Shown here: positions 1 through 12,300 of the stretch, one piece after another | How the letters are laid out: each line of letters opens with the position of its first letter | Numbering within the stretch: the first letter of the stretch is position 1 | Assembly: GCF_016432865.1 (NCBI RefSeq) | Contig: NC_067398.1 | Coordinates: forward strand, 658,068,001-658,132,000 | Direction: 5' to 3' | DNA from: Antechinus flavipes | Taxonomy: Eukaryota | DNA: 64,000 bases | Translations under genes and position numbers: made by a program | Notes under the pieces: generated by a model | Seen by the model: the letters and a program-made list of their open reading frames with translations, nothing else | The model's database searches: none | What the model was told of the DNA's origin: nothing

Positions 1-2583
1 TACCAGTAGGATTCCAACATATTTTATCTCCTATAATCCTCTAAATCCTTTGGTTAAGAATTCTTCCTCTATCCACAGTTGCAAAAATTATCTGCTTCCC
101 TGTTCCTCAAATTTTTTATTGATGTGACCTATAGTTAGGTCCCATATCCATTTGGAGTTTGTTCTATTATGTGGTATGAGCCTAATTTCTGCTAACCTAT
201 ATTTTAGTTTTCCCAGTTTTTGTTGAAACTTCAACACTTATTTTAATAGTTAGAATCATCACTGACACAACTTGTTTCTATTTCATAGTAGAACTGCACA
301 GGCTTAATTGATGGTTAAAGTGTTCATAGATATTAAGTTCCAAATTGTTTGCTGCATCCTGCTAGTTATCTTCAATAGATTAAAATTGTTCAGAGTAATG
401 CCGAAATGCCAAAAATATTTCAGGGGTATGGTCATACAGAGCCAAAAAACCTACTTTCCTACTGACACAACAATTTTCCTACTGAACTCCAAGCTCACTA
501 TATTATAACCTAGATATTATTAATATTTTTTAAGTCCTCCAAGTTCAAGACTTTCCAAAATTTTGTCACAGTATTTTCTATCAAATATCTCTTAAAAATG
601 AGTAGAAAATGATAGTCAAATGTGTCCAAGCCAGGAGCGTATTCCATATTCTCAGTCTTTACTATCACTTCTCTGTGGAGTCATATAATTATAGAATTTG
701 AGAGATGGAAGGGGCCTCAATGACCATGCATTCCACTTATACATGAAAGGAATCCTCTGATAAGAAACACTTAAAAAGCATTTGTCCAGTTTCTGTTTTA
801 AGTCCCTCAAAGAGGAGGAACTCACAACTTCTCAAGTCCTATGAGTCCAGGCCCTATGAGTCCCAGTGGTATGGACCCAAAATCACAATTCATTTTGAGA
901 GTCCAAAATATAGGATATTTTTGAATATGGAAAAATATAGAATATAGAAATATAGAAAACTATATAGAATATAGAAATATATATAAATAAATATAGAATA
1001 TAGAAAAAATCTGATATTGATACAATCTGTCAGACACAAATATATTCTCTAAATCCAAGCATCTCTGCTTAGAAAGAAATCCAAATAAAATGAAATCCTT
1101 TTTTTTTTTTTTAAATTTCCCTAATCCAAGCTATCTTTTACTTATAACTTATAGGATTCAAGACACAAAGACAAAATTCTAATACTAAGATTAAACAATG
1201 GTACAAAGTTTAGTTTAGAATTTTTGAGCTACAAGAGCAGCTTAATTTCAGCATATTCTGAAGAATCCATCCAATCCAATCCAGTATGGGAGAAAGAAGA
1301 ACTGTTCTTAATTGGGTTGAAGGAAGTTCTTGCCCTTGTCCATACAGTACCCTAATTCATTCTGCGGGAGGTTAGGATTCTTTCACGAACTTTGATTTAG
1401 TTTCTCTTTAGAAACTGGTTAGACTTTTAAAAAAATATATATTTAAAACAAATACAAAATAGAAAAAAGAAAAGAAAAAAAATCGCAGCAGAATATCAGG
1501 GAGGATTTAAAATATGTAACAACAAATTTCCATTACAAGAAAGCATTTATAATAATAGATTACATTATATTAAGACTGTCCATCATTTGATTCCTTGTAG
1601 GTTGCTTTTGTTTTTTTGCTGAGTACTTTATACTTATTTTTTTTCTTTCATCTCTTCTACCTCTCTCAAGCATATTACAGTTAAGCACAGATATATTTAT
1701 GTATACATATTCATATACATATATATATATATACATCTGTATATACACACCCACACCCATAAATATATCTATAAGTATACACATACATACACCTATTTAC
1801 TATACATGTATTATTCCTTATTTAAATCATTCTTGATGTGAGGTTTTCAGAACTATCTGTCTTCTTCCCCATCTAATTCTTCTATGTGGGTTCTTCCTCT
1901 GAATCTTGTTTGTATAACATAATTATTATTTTCACCTTTTCCTAGATGGGTTTTGCTTTTTACAGTCAGCTCATACTCCTTTCTTCCCCAATCTTTCGTT
2001 TGGACTGCCCAATTACTAAGGTCGATCTAAAACATATGGTTTATATTTCCACATATAAAACATAAAATATGTCCTTATTGAGTCCCTTCAAATTAGCCAT
2101 TGATGTTTCCTCTTATGTTAAATTTTTTGTTGAGTTCAGGTTTAGATAAAATCTTGAAAATCTGAAAATTCATTGAATGCCCATTTTAAAAATTCAATAT
2201 TTCACTTTAAATTCAATATATCCTTAATTTTGCTGAATTTAAGATTTTTGACTAGAGGCTTAATTCTTTTGATTGTCAACATATAATACTCCATGCAGTC
2301 TTTTATTGTAGCTGCTGATAAATGCTGTGCAATTATAATTGTAGCTCCACCATATTTAATTTGGATTTTTGTTTGTTTCTTGTAAAATTTTCTCTTTGAG
2401 AAATTTAACAATATGTTTTTATATATTTTCCTTGTAGGATCTCTTTGAAGTGGTGATCACTGTATTTTTTCTATTTCCACTTTCCTTCTTATTGTGTCAC
2501 TTTAGGACAATTTTCTTTGGTGATTTCTTTACTATTGTATCAAAGTTCTTTTTTCGGTCACAGCTTTCAGATAGTCCAATTAT

Positions 2584-2736
2584 TTTTGTTTTGCTTTTTG
2601 TTTTGTTTTGTTTTTGCTGAGGCAATTGGGGTTAAGGGTCATACAGCTAGGAAGTGTTAAGTATCTGAGATCATATTTGAACTCAGGTCCTCCTGACTTC
2701 AGGGCTAGTGCTCTATCCACTGGCCACCTAGCTGCC
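2584..2736 (-). mobile_element. tRNA-derived marsupial SINE (WSINE1-like)
   Basis: Reverse strand reads GGCAGCTAGGTGG..GTGGATAGAGCAC..GAGTTCAAAT..CCCCAATTGCCTCAGC followed by an A-rich tail. Confidence 0.9.
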
Positions 2737-2924
2737 TCAGCCCAATTATTTTTAAGTTTTCTTTTGATTTGTTCTTCATATCTTTTGTTTTTCTTATGTT
2801 TCACATTCCTTCCTATTTTTCATTATATTTTATTATTTCTTGGTCTCATAACTTTACTGGCTTTCCATTGTCCAATTTTAATTGTTAGACATTTTCTTCT
2901 TTAAGACTTTGATCTTCTTTTCTT

Positions 2925-3370
2925 TTTTTATTTTTATTTTAAAATAACTTTTTATTGACAGAACCCATGCCAGGGTAATTTTTTACAACATTATCTCTTG
3001 CACTTGCTTCTGTTCTGATTTTTCCCCTCCCTCTCTCCCCCCCCCCCCAGATGGCAAGCAGAGCTTTACATGTTAAATAGGTTATAGTATATCCTAGATA
3101 CAATATATGTGTGCAGAACCGAACAGTTCTCTTGTTGCACAGGGAGAATTGGATTCAGAAGGTATAAATAACCCCAGAAGAAAAACAAAAATGAAAAGCA
3201 GTTTATATTCATTTCCCAGTGTTCTTTCTTTGGGTGTAGCTGCTTCTGTCCATCCTTGATCAATTGAAACTGAATTAGCTCTCTTTATCGAAGAGATTCA
3301 CTTCCATCAGAATACATCCTCATACAGTATCGTTGTTGAGGTATATAATGATCTCCTGGTTCTGCTCATT
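2925..3370 (-). mobile_element. Young L1 3' end, 5'-truncated
   Basis: Same 3' UTR as 44174-45211 (GACAGAA..CCATGCCAGGGTAATTTT..ACAACATTATC) with a poly-T head. Confidence 0.85.
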
Positions 3371-5129
3371 TCACTTAGCTTGATCTTTTCTAGTTTTTCC
3401 TTGGTTCTTTTTTTTTTTTTTAAGTTTTTCATCAATTTCTCTCATTTGATTTTTAAAGTCTTTTTTGACTTCGATGTCCTCTTCCCAAGATGAACCCTTG
3501 TCTTCCTTATTCCAATAGTAATTTTCTATGACTGGGTTCTTTCTCTTTGGTCTGCTCATTTTTAAAAAATGAGGACTTTGAGGTGTAATCACCTATCATC
3601 CTGGGATGGGGGTGAGGGTAGGGCCAGTGCCTCTGATTTCAGTTCTCGCCTCTGGCTTGGAATCCAAGAACTCAATCCTCCTGTAAGTGTTCACAGCCAG
3701 CGGCTTCCTTGCCCCACTACTTCTGCACTTACTGGGTGTGCTGGTTCCTTCTGGCCCAGGGCTATGGCTCAGCAGCAAAGCTGGGACCGGCATTCCTTAC
3801 TAGCAGGCTTTCTCAGTCTTTCTGGACTCAGACCCCTGACTTCCCACAATGTCCAGGAGGTGAAAGTTCCTGTGGTTCAGGCTGAGACCACCTTCAAACT
3901 GCTGCTTGCTGTTCCTGCAGAGCTAGCCTGGAGGTGTTACCACTTCATTCTGGGCCAATCTCCATCCTGCCGTCTGTCTTTGGATCATCTCTAGTTGTCT
4001 CCCTGTTCTGCCTCTTGGCTATGTTTGCCCTGAGGTACAATTTTTGTTTTATGAGGGAAATCTGGAAAACTTGGATTGTTCTGACCTATTCTACCATCTC
4101 CTCAGAATCCTTCATTGATTAGACTTTTAATAAGTATGTAACAAAAGATTTTAGATCAGAACACTTCCTTGAAATTTAAATACTAACAAAGTTTTTCTAC
4201 TCAGATCAGACTAAGACTTTCAGACTAGGACACTGAGAAAATATGATTTCCCACTGTTTCTAAAAAAGAGAAGCTTAATATCTTCGTGAGGATAATCTTC
4301 ATTTCTGATCCCACCTTCTTTTCCTATTGTTAGATCTACATAATTTGGCTTCTAGAACTAAAAGCTGCATTCTCTTTATATGTCCAAACTCTATATGACT
4401 ATCTTCTCTGCAGTTATATTAGAGATATCTGCCCTTCTTGTGGTCTCCTGGCAACAATGTCTGCATGTCATGCTAGCTGGCTTGTTTTTATCCACAGTTC
4501 CATCTTGTGCATTTACACTAAGATTTCCTTGTTTGCTTCCATTCACAAGAGGATGATTAGGGGAGGTTGGGTCCTCCCAGGGTAAGGACTCTTTAGGCAG
4601 CTTTTCACTCCTTCCAACTTTCAAATTGTGTCCATCAACTATCTAAAACTTGGTGGATTCTAATGTCAGGGACATTGCCATTTCGTCCCTGGGTTCTCTA
4701 TCAAGTCACCAAGGTAATCATTCCACTCGACATTCACCTGCTTCTTCAGGCTTTACTGCTCTCTTCAATAACAGCATATTTAGTTGACAACACAAATGAC
4801 AAGGAAATCTGACTCTTCCTCTTTGGACTAAATGGAAGTCTCAACAAGCACATGCTTGCTGTGGTATCCCACCGACCTTAAATTCTCTCTCTAGGCTTTG
4901 CAAACAGTTTTTGCCATGTGAGTCCAGGATGGGTTTCTTTCAAGCCCTCTGCTTGAAGTCCAAAAGCTAATCTTATGAGGTATTCCATGAAGGTACTCAT
5001 TTTTCAGAACTCAGAGACCTGCCAACTCCACAATGACTGTCATTTTGTTGACTCAAACTTTCCATGGTTGTTTCTACAAAAATACAGATTATTTTTTCAG
5101 AGAAGATTCTTAAACTCCATTTAGGAGTC

Positions 5130-5300
5130 TCTTTTTTTTTTTAATTTTTATTTAATAATTACTTTATATTGACAGAATCCATGCCAGGGTAATTTTTTTT
5201 TTACAACATTATCCCTTGCACTCGTTTCTGTTCCTATTTTTCCCCTCCCTCCCTCCACCCCCTCCCCTAGATGGCAAGCAGTTTTGTATATGTTAGATAT
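5130..5300 (-). mobile_element. Short L1 3' end
   Basis: Same 3' UTR terminus as 2925-3370. Confidence 0.85.
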
Positions 5301-5488
5301 GTAGGAGTTTCTTTCTAATGATGCACTTAATTAATTAGCAGGCCCACATTATCAAGAACTTTGGTTAACACTTTATAAATAAAAGTAAATACTTAAAATA
5401 AAGATAAATATATTTTTCCTGTGTCAAAAAGGAAAGATTTCAGAAGTACACATAGGAAGAATGAATATGTAGAATTACAGCTTTGGTA

Positions 5489-5546
5489 TTGTGTGTGTGT
5501 GTGTGTATTTGTGTGTATTTGTGTGTGTGTGTGTGTGTGTGTGTGT
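5489..5546. repeat. (GT)n microsatellite
   Basis: Directly visible, with two ATTT interruptions. Confidence 0.97.
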
Positions 5547-5989
5547 TCAATTGGCCCACACAGCCTCACTTGTGAACACCTAATTTGTGAACTTACAACC
5601 TCATTTTCTCCAACTCCATTCATCTTCTTATCTTGTCAAGAGCCAGGTTTCAGTCTAAGTTCTGCCTGTTGCAGAACTGCCTTTTAAAGGTCACCTTTAA
5701 AAGTGTAGCTAATTGTTATGTTTCTTTTACAAATCACTCAAGGGATATGTTGCAATATAAATTCCTTATCATGTTTACACTGAGTTTAACAACATTTTAT
5801 TGGTTGCTTTTATGTGATAAAGTTATGGACTTTCAAAGACCAATACCTTTACACTTAGACAAAGACACAGGTAGAATGCTTACAAATTTGCAAATGGAAA
5901 AAAAAAAAGTAGAGAAGGATACTCTCTTCTCTAGATTTTCAAGACACTGCTTTGTCCTTGTTCTCTTTCTATCTGACTGTTCTTCAATT

Positions 5990-7310
5990 TGCTTTGCTGA
6001 ATCTTCATCCAGATCACACCCTTTAACTAAAGGTGTCCCAATGGGCTCCATCCTGGGCCCTCTTCTCTTCTTCCTCTATACTATTTCATTTGATTATCTT
6101 ATTATCTCGTGAATTCAACTATCAGTTCTATGTAGATGATTTTCAGATCTACAGATGTTACACCAACTTCTCTGCTGACTTCTCATCTCAAACTGAATCT
6201 CCCATAGACATTAAATGCAACATGTCTCAAACTGAATTCATTCTTTCCCCTGTACCTTACCCACTCTGAAATTTCCCACTTGCTATCAATAGTACTACCA
6301 TCCTCCCAATTCCCCATGTTTGAAACTGAGGTGTCGTTCTTGACTTTTCACCCCCTCTCCTTTATCCAGTCTGTTGTGAAAGCTTATTGATTTTACCTTC
6401 ATAGTATCTCTCAAAGACGATTCCCCCCTTCTCTCAAACTCTGACATTGCTATCACCCTGGTACAGATCCTCATCTCCTCACACTGAAGTTCTGCAATAG
6501 CCTCTTGGTTTGTCTCCCTGACACCTTTCCCTATTCCAGTCCATCCCCTCAGTCATCAAAATGATCCTCCCAAAGAGCAAGCCTATGTCACCCCACAGCT
6601 TGGTGACCTCCAGTAGCTCCTTATCACATCTAGGATCAGTACAAAATCCTGTTACAATTCAAAGCCCTTCATAACCTGCCCCCCTCCCCTTCCAGATTTC
6701 TTACACCTTACACCTCCCCACTTACTCTTAGATCCTTGGGACTTCTTTCTTCTTATTGTCCCTCACACAAGACACCTCATTTCTCAACTCTGTGCCTTTT
6801 CACTGGCTGTCTTCCCTATCTGGAATTCAATCCTCCCTCATATCTATCTCCTAGTTTCTCTGGCTTCCTTAAGACCTAGTTAAAAATCTCACCTTCTATA
6901 GCAAAGGTGTCAAACAGAGAGATCTGGTATCTCTAGGTTTGTGCTGCAAGTTTAAAATGGAATTAAAATAAAACGTGATAGAGAAATATTTGATGAAATA
7001 AATTAACAATAAACTAAAACACAGATAATATTGGATTTCAAAGCTAAGTATGTAGCCTGCAGGGATCCTTATGAACAATTTAGAGGTACCTGCTTCTCTT
7101 TGACTCTGACATCACTCTTTTCTGATCCATCTTAATTCTAATGTTTTCTCTCTATTGATTATTTCCCATTTGTCCTGTATATAGCTTGTTTTTACATAAC
7201 TGTAAGCATGTTGTCTCCCCCTTCACTCTACGAGCTCCTGGAGAACAGGGACTGTCTCCAGGATTTCTTTTTGTCTCCACTGGCAGCGACTGGGACATAG
7301 TAGGGACTTA
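5990..7310 (+). mobile_element. L2 LINE relic
   Basis: GGCTCCATCCTGGGCCCTCTTCTCTT..TATGTAGATGA (RT-like YxDD) with an L2-style 3' end ATGTTGTCTCCC..GAGCTCCTGGAGAACAGGGACTGT..ACATAGTAGG. Confidence 0.7.
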
Positions 7311-7394
7311 ATGTTTGCCAGAATAGCTGATGGGATTTTAATAGAGATAAATGACAAGCCCTATACTTCTGTTGAAAAAAATCAACTTGACAAG

Positions 7395-7960
7395 TACAGG
7401 TTGGGGAAGACTATAAGTTCATCCGAAAAATTACCGTGTGATACGGCAGCCCCAAAGACAAATTCATTCTTAGGCTCCGTAGAGAGAAGTGCAGCTTCTG
7501 GAAGTGAGGTGCCCTGCTGTATAGAGAACATCAGGAGGGCACCATATTTTAGAAATGGAACTGATGAGCTGGGTTGGAGCCAGAGTGGGACTGACATCGT
7601 GGAGGATTCCGTCTAAGAAATGGAGATTTTAACCCCGAAAAGATTCTGGGAGGACAGGACGCCTCTCTTCTAGTATCATAAGGGCTATTTCTAGGGAAAG
7701 GATTAGTCTCGTTCTGTTTAGCTCCCAAAGGGGATCAATGGCTCCAAAGAAAGCGATTAAAGCTTGATATAAAGAAAAGGAAAAACTTCCCAACAGTTAA
7801 GAGATCCTAAAGTGGCAGAAGCGGCTGTGCCGCCTGCTCCTGGACAGAGCAGCTCGCATCGCATCACGGGCTCTTTGGACAGGACTGAAGGGGTCACTTG
7901 TCACAGATTGCGCTGAAAAGAGGGTTGGACCAAGCGCCCCAGAGGTCTCACCAGCTATGA
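7395..7960 (+). mobile_element. L3/CR1 3' relic abutting the copy 1 promoter
   Basis: GTGTGATACGGCAGCCCCAAAG..TTAGGCT, AAGCTTGATATAAAG..AAAAACTTCCCAACAGTTA and GGGTTGGACC..GAGGTC resemble the CR1/L3 3' consensus as recalled. Confidence 0.6.
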
Positions 7961-9350
7961 GATGTGGTTGCTGCTGCTTCGAAAAGGGGGGATGAGATCG
8001 GGAATGAGGAAAGGCTGCAGTTGCCATAGTAACGAGGCCACGAAAGTTACATCCGTGGGGGAAGGGGAGAAAATACAGAATGCGCGTCTGCGCACAGAGC
8101 TACGCGCCCTTTCGCCATGCCCTGGAGGATCAAGGACTACATTTCCCAGGACGCTCTGCGTAGAGCACCTACGTGACGACCAAACAGGGAGGGTGAACGC
8201 CCGGGTCTTTTGGGCGCTGGGAATCTGTAGCTTCATGAATAATTAATGACGCGCGAAGAGCACTCCAAGTTACACCTAGTCTAGGAGGAGGGAGAAAGGG
8301 ACCAAAAAGCCCTTCCAGGCCCGCCCCCAGGCTTGCCTGTAACCCAGGAAAGAGACTGAGCTTTCAGAGAGGGACGAGTTCACAAGTTAGAAAAGGAGAA
8401 GGGACCAAAAAGCCCTTCCAGGCCCGCCCCCAGGCTTGCCTGTAGCCCTGGAGAGGGACTGAGCTTTCAGAGAGGGGCGAGCTAACATCCTCAGAGAAGA
8501 GTTCACAAGTTAGAGAAAGGGAAGGGACGCGGAAGGCAGCCGGCGGTTGTCATGACGACGACGCAGTCACTTCCGGATCCGGCGATGGTTAAATAGCTGG
8601 GACCGGAGCTTCAGTCCCTGTAGTCTAAGCCTGTTTGTTGTGGAGCTGTGCGTCCAGTTGTCGGGAATCTACGGATCTTCATTCAGGCCGTTCACTGCGC
8701 TCCCCGGCACTGGCCATGACGACCTTGGTGAGTGGATGAGACGGCAGCCCGTGAATGTTCAGCCGTGACTGTGTCCGCCCTGGTGTGAGTGGGGGCGTCT
8801 GGGTCCCCGTCCCCCGTGTTTGTGCGTGTGCCAACGGGAGCGGAAGGCAGCAGGGTCCCCGGGTGTGAATGCAGGGGTGTGTGTCTGTACCGGTGATTGG
8901 GAGGCACGGGGTGCCTGGGTGGGGGGACTCGGTGAGTAGCAGCATTCCCCGTGCGCGTGCCAGTGTCTGTTCCTGGGAGCCCGCCTCTGGGGGTGAGGGC
9001 GCGTGCGTGGGGGGGCGCTCTCCGCACAGCATTCGGACAGCCCCTCCCGTGTGCCTGGCTGCTGCCCGCTGGTCCCTGGGGGGCTGGTGCATTCATGCTG
9101 CGGGGGGCGCCTCCCTCCCTGAGAGTGCGAGCAGGTGGATGCGTTCGGGCGCAGGCAGGGGGCTGGGCCCCCGGTCAGTGGCTGGTGTCTGTTGGGCGTG
9201 TGTTACCGTGGGCGGCTTGTCATAGTTGTGGCCCGCTTCTCCGACTCGTGTCTCTCTCTCTGTAGGGGACCAGCAGCCAGACTGTGACCGAATATGTCGT
9301 TCGAGTTCCCAAGTGAGTTCTGCTGGGCCGGGCCGGGCGGGGAAGCTCAG
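7800..9350. promoter_or_regulatory. CpG-rich promoter of GTF2F1 copy 1
   Basis: High CpG density. X-box GTTGCCATAGTAAC 8020-8033, ZNF143-type ACTACATTTCCC 8136-8147, ATGAATAATTAATG 8235-8248, GC boxes within the 8296-8521 repeat, ETS CTTCCGG 8570-8576. Motif calls are from consensus matching only. Confidence 0.8.
8296..8521 (+). repeat. 103-bp tandem duplication in the copy 1 proximal promoter
   Basis: AAGGGACCAAAAAGCCCTTCCAGGCCCGCCCCCAGGCTTGCCTGT...GAGTTCACAAGTTAG begins at 8296 and again at 8399. The second unit carries a ~20-nt insertion. Confidence 0.93.
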
Positions 9351-12300
9351 ATCCCAGCCTCAGCTGGTTTTCTGTTCTACCTGCCTACTTTTCCTGGCCT
9401 GCTGACAATTCTTTTCCCACAGGAACAACCTCAAGAGGTACAATATTATGGCTTTCAATGCAGCTGACAAAGTCAACTTCTCCACCTGGCACCAGGTAAG
9501 TCTGGGATCGCGCCATAGTGATCTAGGAGCCTTAAGGTGGAAGGAATGAAAGCTTTGCGGCTGACTCAGAAAGCGAGGTTTGGTGATTTCCAGGCCCAGG
9601 AGTATGAGGCCTACATGGGTAGAAGAAAGGGCATCTCCCCATTCTTTCAGTTTGCCCAGTATTCGTTAGACACCTATTGTATGCTCAGTCTGTCAGTGAA
9701 CCTAACAAGATAGAAAAGAAACACAAGAAAACGGTTTCCTAATTAAATACTGGACTGCAAAAATAAGTCATAACCCTAAAAGAACACTGAGGGTAAGTTC
9801 TTAGGAAGGGCCGAAGAAGGCAGGGCTGGATCAGAGCCTGGACAGTGGAGGTGAATAGCGTAAGGCTGGACCAGCCAACTCCTGGGGGCTGCGGGAGGTG
9901 AGGCAAGATGTCCCCCCCCCCCCCAGTTCTTGCGGGGGCTCCGAGATGAGTTTGCTTCTCACGTGTCAGGCCAAGATGGAACGGGATCTGAGCAACAAGA
10001 AGATCTATCAGGAGGAAGAGATGCCAGAGTCTGGGGCTGGCAGTGAGTTTAACCGGAAGCTCCGGGATGAGGCCAGGAGGAAGAAGTACGGCATCGTTCT
10101 CAAGGCCTTCAAGGCTGAAGACCAGCCCTGGCTACTCAAAGTCAACGGCAAAACAGGCAGAAGGTGAGCGGGCCTTGGGGAGGCCCCCCCCCCTGGGTCT
10201 GGCCTTTTGTCCTCCTGGGAGGGGAAGCGGGGCTGGAGCATTCTTCCAGCTTTAGGGGATGAGGCCCCGGGGAGCTCCTGGTCTGCCTGAGGCTCTGGCC
10301 CCATCCTGGGCCATGTTCCCAACCCTGTCCGTGCCTTGAGACTCAGCGGGCTGAGAGACCTGGAGGCCCCGGAGGAGTGGCAGGGCCCGGACAGCGAAGA
10401 CATCTTTGTCCTCTTTCCTCTTGCCTGCTGCAGGTTCAAAGGAGTGAAGAAGGGCGGGGTGACAGAAAACACCTCGTACTACATCTTCACCCAGTGCCCC
10501 GACGGGGCCTTCGAAGCCTTCCCCGTGCACAACTGGTACAACTTCACTCCTCTGGCGCGGCACCGGACGCTCACCGCCGAGGAGGCCGAGGAGGAATGGG
10601 AAAGGTGAGTGGGCCGGGATAGCAGGGAGGGCCCACCTCCCATGGGGGCTCAGTCACTGCAGCCTGCGGGGGGTCCCCGGGCTCCAGCTGTGCTCCCCCC
10701 TCAGCCTTTGCGTCAGGCTGCTGTGGTAGCTCTTTATCGAACTTCCTGGGCTGTGTGATGCTCCGTGTGTCCTCTGCCTCCTAGTGGCCCTGGGTCAGAG
10801 AGCTAGTGATGGGGAAAATCCTCTTCTGCCTTTGAGAGCTTGGCCGAGTCCCCTCAGGTCCCGGGCCAGGGGACGTCTGAGTTTGCTCCGGCTCTTCTTC
10901 TGTGATCCGGGGATCCAGGGGAATGTGACAGCAGCGGATCATGGGTAGCTTTCCTAATTCCACGAGGGTTCCTGCCCCTGCTCCTTGGCTTTGGAAGGGC
11001 CTGAGACAGACAGACCCCACAGCCCTCCCAGTGCAAACAAGCCTAAGCGCGGAGGGGAAGGCAGAGAGCTCTGAGTGGGCCTCCTCAGTCAGGGAGGCTT
11101 CCGGGATAGAGGGACTGCCCCTCGTGGCGACCCCACATGATGCACAGCCTTGTTTGCAGGAGGAACAAAGTCCTGAACCACTTCAGCATCATGCAGCAGC
11201 GGCGGCTGAAGGACCAGGACCACGACGAGGATGAGGATGAGCATAAAGAGAAGAAGAGCCGGAAGAAGCCCAGTGAGCTCCGCATCCACGACCTGGAGGA
11301 CGACCTGGAGATGAGCTCTGAGGACAGCAACAGCAGTGGGGAGGAGGGTGAGCATGGGGGGCTGGGGCTGTGCCGGGGGAAAGGCCCCCAGGGATCAGTG
11401 ACCAGGACCTGACCCCGCCCTGCTCTCCCCAGGAGAGAAGGTCCCCAAGAGCAAGAAGAAGGCAGCTGCCTCCAGGGGGGGCAAGAAGAAGAAGAAGAAG
11501 GGCTCTGATGATGAGGCCTTTGAGGACAGCGATGATGGGGACTTTGAGGGCCAGGAGGTGGACTACATGTCAGATGGCTCCAGGTAAGGGACACGGGCTC
11601 CATCCCCTTCCCCCCCCAACCCCTCCCCTTCTTCCTTCCACCACCTGCTCACCTGCAGCCTGTGCTTTCCCCTGCAGCAGCTCTGAGGAGGAGGCAGTAG
11701 GGAAAACCAAGGTGGTCCAGCAGGAGGAGGACGGCCCTAAAGGTAGGTGTGGGCTTGAGGGCAGGACCCATCCCTCCCTTTGTCTTTCCTTGTGCAGAGC
11801 AGGTCGGCCAGTACTGGTTAAACGCGGGCCACTGAGGAGACTTGTGCTGGAGAGAAAAAGGCCCTGCCCTCAAAGGGTTTGTGGGGTGGGGGAGGAATGG
11901 GATAAGCTCTGCTTTCCTTATGTTGAATTGGAAACGCGTGTGGGCAACATCCAGTTGGAAAGAGAAAAAGGCAATTATGCTTAATTAAGAGATCAAAGGT
12001 AACCTTGATGACAGTGGTTGCAAAATGGAGTCCGTTTGCTTCCAAAAGCCAGGCTCCTGTAAGGAGCTGAGGAGGCAGTGGCAGGGGAGGGAGCGCTTTC
12101 CGTGAGGAAGGCTGGGAAGGAGCAGAGAGCCACAGGCCTTTAGCTGCAGAGGATGCTTTAAGCCTGGGCTAAGTCTCGGGGTGCCAGTAGCAGCAGGCAG
12201 GGGCAGGTCGGGGTCCCCGGACCAGGAGAGTGTTCTGGCTTCCCCTCAGGCATTGATGAGGAAAGTGAAAGCAGTGAGGAGAGTGAGGAGGAGAAGCCCC

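Larger units (their letters stand above)
1870..4100 (-). mobile_element. Old L1 5' portion (ORF1 and 5' UTR relic) interrupted by a younger SINE and an L1 3' end
   Basis: Minus ORF 2202-2411 KIQIKYGGATIIIAQHLSAATIKD resembles the L1 ORF1 C-terminus. Flanks are T-rich. Boundaries are approximate. Confidence 0.65.

Noticed and set aside
7311-7616. 101-aa ORF upstream of copy 1
   Set aside because: It overlaps the L2 end and the L3/CR1 relic, has a non-ATG start, and is not preserved in copy 2.
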